A DNA stretch of 26,587 nucleotides from the NCBI GenBank assembly GCA_051001255.1, contig JBPCNM010000194.1, positions 1-26,587 of the forward strand, written 5' to 3'. Positions 23,272-26,587 of the stretch are shown in pieces. This stretch comes from Solirubrobacteraceae bacterium (GTDB taxonomy: Bacteria; Actinomycetota; Thermoleophilia; Solirubrobacterales; Solirubrobacteraceae). Both the position numbers and the translations under genes were made by a program. Below the pieces are notes generated by a model. That model did not search any database. It saw nothing but the letters and a program-made list of their open reading frames with translations, and was not told the origin of the DNA. Within the stretch, counting starts at the first letter, position 1. Every line of letters starts with the position of its first letter.

Positions 23272-26142
23272 TCACGACCGCAGCACCTCTCCCTCGGGGT
23301 CGAAGAACGGCGACGTGGTGACCGTCGCGGAATACGTGGCTCCCTCGTCGGAGATCGTGATCGTGTCCCCGTCGGCGGCCAGCGCGGCGGGGACCCACGC
23401 CATGCCGATCACCGCGCCGAGCTGGCGCGAGCGCCGCGACGACGTGACCTGGCCCATCGGGCTGCCGTTGTGCGCCATGACCACGGCACCCTCGGTCGGG
23501 ACGTGGCCGTTGCTCATCGTGAAGCCGACCAGCGCGGTCTCCGCAGGATGCTCGGCAGCGTGCTCGAGCGCCCACTTCCCGATGAACTCGTCGTCCTTGT
23601 CGAGCTTGACGATCCACGGCATCGCCGCGCCGTAGGGCGTGGACTCCGAGTCGGTGTCCTGGCCGACGATGATGTGCTGCTTCTGCAGGCGCAGCACGCG
23701 CTGGGGCTCCAATCCGAACGGGCGCGCGCCGGCCGCGACCAGCGCGTCCCAGACGTGCTCGCCATAGGCGGCGGGGAAGTGGATCTCGTAGCCGACCTCG
23801 CCGACGAACCCGATCCGGAGCAGTAGCGCGTCGACGCCGGCGACCTTGGCCCGCTTGCCGTCGAGATAGGCGAACCCCTCCGCGGACACGTCGAGATCGG
23901 TCAGGCCGGCCAGGATCTCGCGCGCCTTGGGACCGGCGACGTTGATCGCGCACAGCGCCTGGGTGACGTCCGTGACGCGCGCGTCGAGGTCCCAGGTGGC
24001 GAGCCACCAGCCGAACCACTCCTCGATCGACCCCGCGCCGCTCGACGTGGTCGTGACGTAGAAGGCGTCATCGTCGAGCCGGCAGATCGTGCCGTCGTCC
24101 ATGATCCGGCCCGCGTCGGAGGTCATCACGCCGTAGCGGACGCGGCCCGGCTTGAGGTTGGAGAACCGGTTCGGGTAGAGGCGATCGAGCAGCTCGCCGG
24201 CGCCGGAGCCGCGGACGAGCAGCTTGCCGAGCGTGGAGACGTCGATCACGCCGGCGCTCTCGTGCACGGCGAGCACCTCGGCCTCGGGATCGCCGTAGTC
24301 GTAGGCGCGGCGCCAGTCACCGGCCCACTTCACGGTCGCGTTCTGCTCGCGCTGGCGCCCGTGGATCGCCGAGCGCTTGGCCGGCTCGAACGGCCGCCCC
24401 GCCAGCACGCCCATCGGCACGCTCACCCACGGCGGGCGGGCGGTCGTCATGCCGACCTCGTCCGGCGTCAATCCCGTGTGGGCGCCGAGCGCGCGGATCG
24501 AGGCGAGCTGGGAGAAGCGGCCCTGGGACGGGCCCATGGTCACGGTCGTGTAGCGCTTGGAGAGCTCGATCGAGTCATACCCCTCCGCGGTGGCGAGTCC
24601 GGCTTCCTGGGTGGCCATGTCCTCGTAGAGGTGGACGACCGCCTTTCCTCCCTTCTGGCGCCCGCGCCCGATCCCCGGCGGCGTGGCGACCGTTGACGGC
24701 GCGGGCCGGTCGCGCAGCCGCGACTGGTCCTGCTCGAGCGTCGCGCGGTCGGCCGCCTCGCCGAAGCCGAGCGCGAGCGCCGCGCCGGCGCCCGCCAGCA
24801 GGCCCGAAAGCTCGGCCGTGTCAGCGTCGTCGTGGCCGGCGACCGAGCCGGCGGCGAGCACGAGGTCGGGCAGGCCGTCGGCCACGAAGCGGCCCGTCGC
24901 CTCGTCGTAGCGCGCCTTCGCGCCGCCCTGCAGCAGCAGCGACGTGGAGGGGATCGCGCCGCCCGAGACGGCGATCAGGTCGCACGGGAACGTGCGCTCG
25001 CGGCCCTCCAGCGCGTAGCCCTGGGCGTCGATCGGGGCGAGCACGGCGCCGGTGACCGCCTGGCGGCCGAGGCCGCGCACGACCGTCGCGCCGCGCAGCA
25101 GCTCGATCCCGGAAGCCTCGACCTTCTCGGCCAGCTCACCGCCGGCATCGCGGCGCAGGTCGGCGACGGCCATCACGCGCACGCCCGCGGCGTGCAGCGC
25201 GAGCGCCGCGTGCAGCCCGCGGTCGCCGGTCGTGGCGACGACCGCCGTGTTGCCCGGCTTGACGCCGTAGAGCGCGATCATGCGCCGCGCGCCGTCGGAG
25301 AGCATCACGCCGGGCAGGTCGTTGTCGGGGAAGACGAGCGGCTGCTCGAGCGTGCCGGTCGCGGCGACGTGGCGCGCGGCGCGGATCTGATGCAGCGTGC
25401 TGCCCTGCCACACCGGCACGAGGCCGTCGAAGAACCCGAGCGCGGGCGCGCTGGAGAGGATCTCCACGCCGGCCGCCCGCGCGCGGTCCGCCAGGGCGCG
25501 GGCCCGGACGTGAGCGCCCTCCTGCAGCAGCGCACCGCCGGGCTCTGAGTCCTCGTCGCACAGCACCACGTCGGCGCCCAGCTGGGCGGCGCGCAGGGCG
25601 GCGGTCAGGCCGGCGATCCCGCCGCCGATCACCAGCACGTCGCAGTGGCGGCGGCGATACTCGGTGCGCCACTCGCGATGCGCCTGCTTGGAGCGCAGCA
25701 CGCCGAGGCCGGCGGCGGAGCGCAGCACCTTCTCGTACAGCGGCCACAGCCGGCGCGGCCGGATGAACGTCTTGTAGTAGAAGCCCGGCGGGGTGAACGG
25801 GCCGCCGACGATGTCGGTGGCGCGCATGACGTCGAAATCCAGCCCGGGCTTCGCGTTGGTGTGCTCGACCGCCAAGCCGTCGGTGGCCGGCTCGGCGCAC
25901 GCGCGCACACCGGGGCGCCCGCCGATCTGCACGAGCGAGTTCGCGCACTGGCCGCAGCCGCAGAGCTCCCCGCGAGGGCGGTGGTACTTGAACGAGCGGC
26001 TGAACGTGCGCCGGCCGGAGACGTACAGCGCGGAGGCGATCGTGTCGCCCGTGTAGCCGTCGATCGGCTTGCCGTCGAACGTGAACGTGATCGGGGCGGT
26101 GCGGTCGATCCGCTCGCCGGGCTGCTGGGGCAGCCGGCTCAT
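23272..26142 (-). CDS. soxA: Sarcosine oxidase alpha-subunit-like protein
   Basis: GDTIASAL...RSFKYHRPRG, VIGGGIAG, KRYTTVTMG.SQGR, and a GcvT-like C-terminal half (DVSTLGKL, DDGTI, RIGFVGEVGYEI). ATG 26142 overlaps the soxD stop. Confidence 0.88.
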   Translation of the reverse strand: MSRLPQQPGERIDRTAPITFTFDGKPIDGYTGDTIASALYVSGRRTFSRSFKYHRPRGELCGCGQCANSLVQIGGRPGVRACAEPATDGLAVEHTNAKPGLDFDVMRATDIVGGPFTPPGFYYKTFIRPRRLWPLYEKVLRSAAGLGVLRSKQAHREWRTEYRRRHCDVLVIGGGIAGLTAALRAAQLGADVVLCDEDSEPGGALLQEGAHVRARALADRARAAGVEILSSAPALGFFDGLVPVWQGSTLHQIRAARHVAATGTLEQPLVFPDNDLPGVMLSDGARRMIALYGVKPGNTAVVATTGDRGLHAALALHAAGVRVMAVADLRRDAGGELAEKVEASGIELLRGATVVRGLGRQAVTGAVLAPIDAQGYALEGRERTFPCDLIAVSGGAIPSTSLLLQGGAKARYDEATGRFVADGLPDLVLAAGSVAGHDDADTAELSGLLAGAGAALALGFGEAADRATLEQDQSRLRDRPAPSTVATPPGIGRGRQKGGKAVVHLYEDMATQEAGLATAEGYDSIELSKRYTTVTMGPSQGRFSQLASIRALGAHTGLTPDEVGMTTARPPWVSVPMGVLAGRPFEPAKRSAIHGRQREQNATVKWAGDWRRAYDYGDPEAEVLAVHESAGVIDVSTLGKLLVRGSGAGELLDRLYPNRFSNLKPGRVRYGVMTSDAGRIMDDGTICRLDDDAFYVTTTSSGAGSIEEWFGWWLATWDLDARVTDVTQALCAINVAGPKAREILAGLTDLDVSAEGFAYLDGKRAKVAGVDALLLRIGFVGEVGYEIHFPAAYGEHVWDALVAAGARPFGLEPQRVLRLQKQHIIVGQDTDSESTPYGAAMPWIVKLDKDDEFIGKWALEHAAEHPAETALVGFTMSNGHVPTEGAVVMAHNGSPMGQVTSSRRSRQLGAVIGMAWVPAALAADGDTITISDEGATYSATVTTSPFFDPEGEVLRS

Positions 26143-26399
26143 CCGGCCTCGCCGGGCAGGGCGGTGAACTTCACGTCGTTGGTCGTCGTGTCGCGCTCGG
26201 CCACGAACCACGCCCGGCAGCCCGAGCGGTGAAACCACCACTCACGCTGCACGCCCGCGACGTTGCGGCGGAAGTAGTTGTAGGCGTTGAGCTCCCGGCG
26301 GTCGGGACGCGACGCCGGGCGGACGGAGATCTCCCCGCCGTACCCGAAGTCGGTCACCTCGCGGGTCCCGCAGTTGGGGCAGGTGAGGAGGAACGACAC
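26139..26399 (-). CDS. soxD: Sarcosine oxidase delta subunit (Zn-binding)
   Basis: CPNCG...EWWFHRSGC (Cys3His Zn ligands). GTG start 26399. Confidence 0.88.
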   Translation of the reverse strand: MSFLLTCPNCGTREVTDFGYGGEISVRPASRPDRRELNAYNYFRRNVAGVQREWWFHRSGCRAWFVAERDTTTNDVKFTALPGEAG

Positions 26400-26442
26400 G
26401 GCGGGATCGTATACAAATTCGTACAAACGTCGCAAGGGGAAC
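26400..26442. promoter_or_regulatory. Compact divergent promoter/operator region between soxD and folD
   Basis: AT-rich patch. Minus-strand TACGAT (-10, 26406-26411) lies 6 nt before the soxD GTG. Repeated CGTATACAAA/CGTACAAA with a GTATAC palindrome. AAGGGG SD for folD. Confidence 0.55.
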
Positions 26443-26587
26443 ATGGCGGACGGCATCGAGCGAGGGCGGACGATCGACGGGCGGGCCTACGCGGCCGAGC
26501 TGATGGACGAGGTCTCCGGCGGCGTGCGCGCGCTCGACGGCGCCGTCGGGATCGCGACGCTGCTCGTCGGAGAAGACTACGCCGCGC
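26443..26587 (+). CDS. folD: Methylene-THF dehydrogenase/cyclohydrolase, N-terminal part (runs off the window)
   Basis: MADGIERGRTIDGRAYAAELMDEV...GIATLLVGEDYAA matches the FolD N-terminal IDG...ATILVGxD pattern, next to fhs and sox genes. Confidence 0.8.
   Translation, partial: MADGIERGRTIDGRAYAAELMDEVSGGVRALDGAVGIATLLVGEDYAA

Overview
Very GC-rich bacterial DNA. Codon usage and gene content look actinobacterial, and Thermoleophilia/Solirubrobacterales is my guess. Three housekeeping or metabolic blocks alternate with two decayed accessory patches. (1) 1-4070, accessory: a c-di-AMP (ydaO/yuaA-class) riboswitch that the ORF track cannot show lies upstream of two uncharacterised membrane-protein genes. 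A decayed tyrosine recombinase and a frameshifted nucleotidyltransferase follow. (2) 4088-9534, minus strand: GIY-YIG, serA, TauE/SafE exporter, GntR, pdhA, pdhB, with no E2/E3 gene in the window. (3) 9550-13640, accessory: a small membrane protein, a signal-peptide-less trypsin-like protease/non-specific endonuclease fusion, joined gene fragments and a VapBC-like toxin-antitoxin pair. (4) 13648-18648: RecQ-PRTase helicase, palindromic repeats, a secreted LVIVD protein, an SDR and a hidden frameshifted small secreted protein. (5) 18772-26587: a heterotetrameric sarcosine-oxidase-like cluster in the non-canonical order soxD-A-G-B, then fhs and a UTRA-GntR, with a divergent partial folD. The best candidates for something undescribed are the riboswitch-led membrane pair and the protease-nuclease fusion. 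All calls rest on motif recognition by eye; no database search was run.
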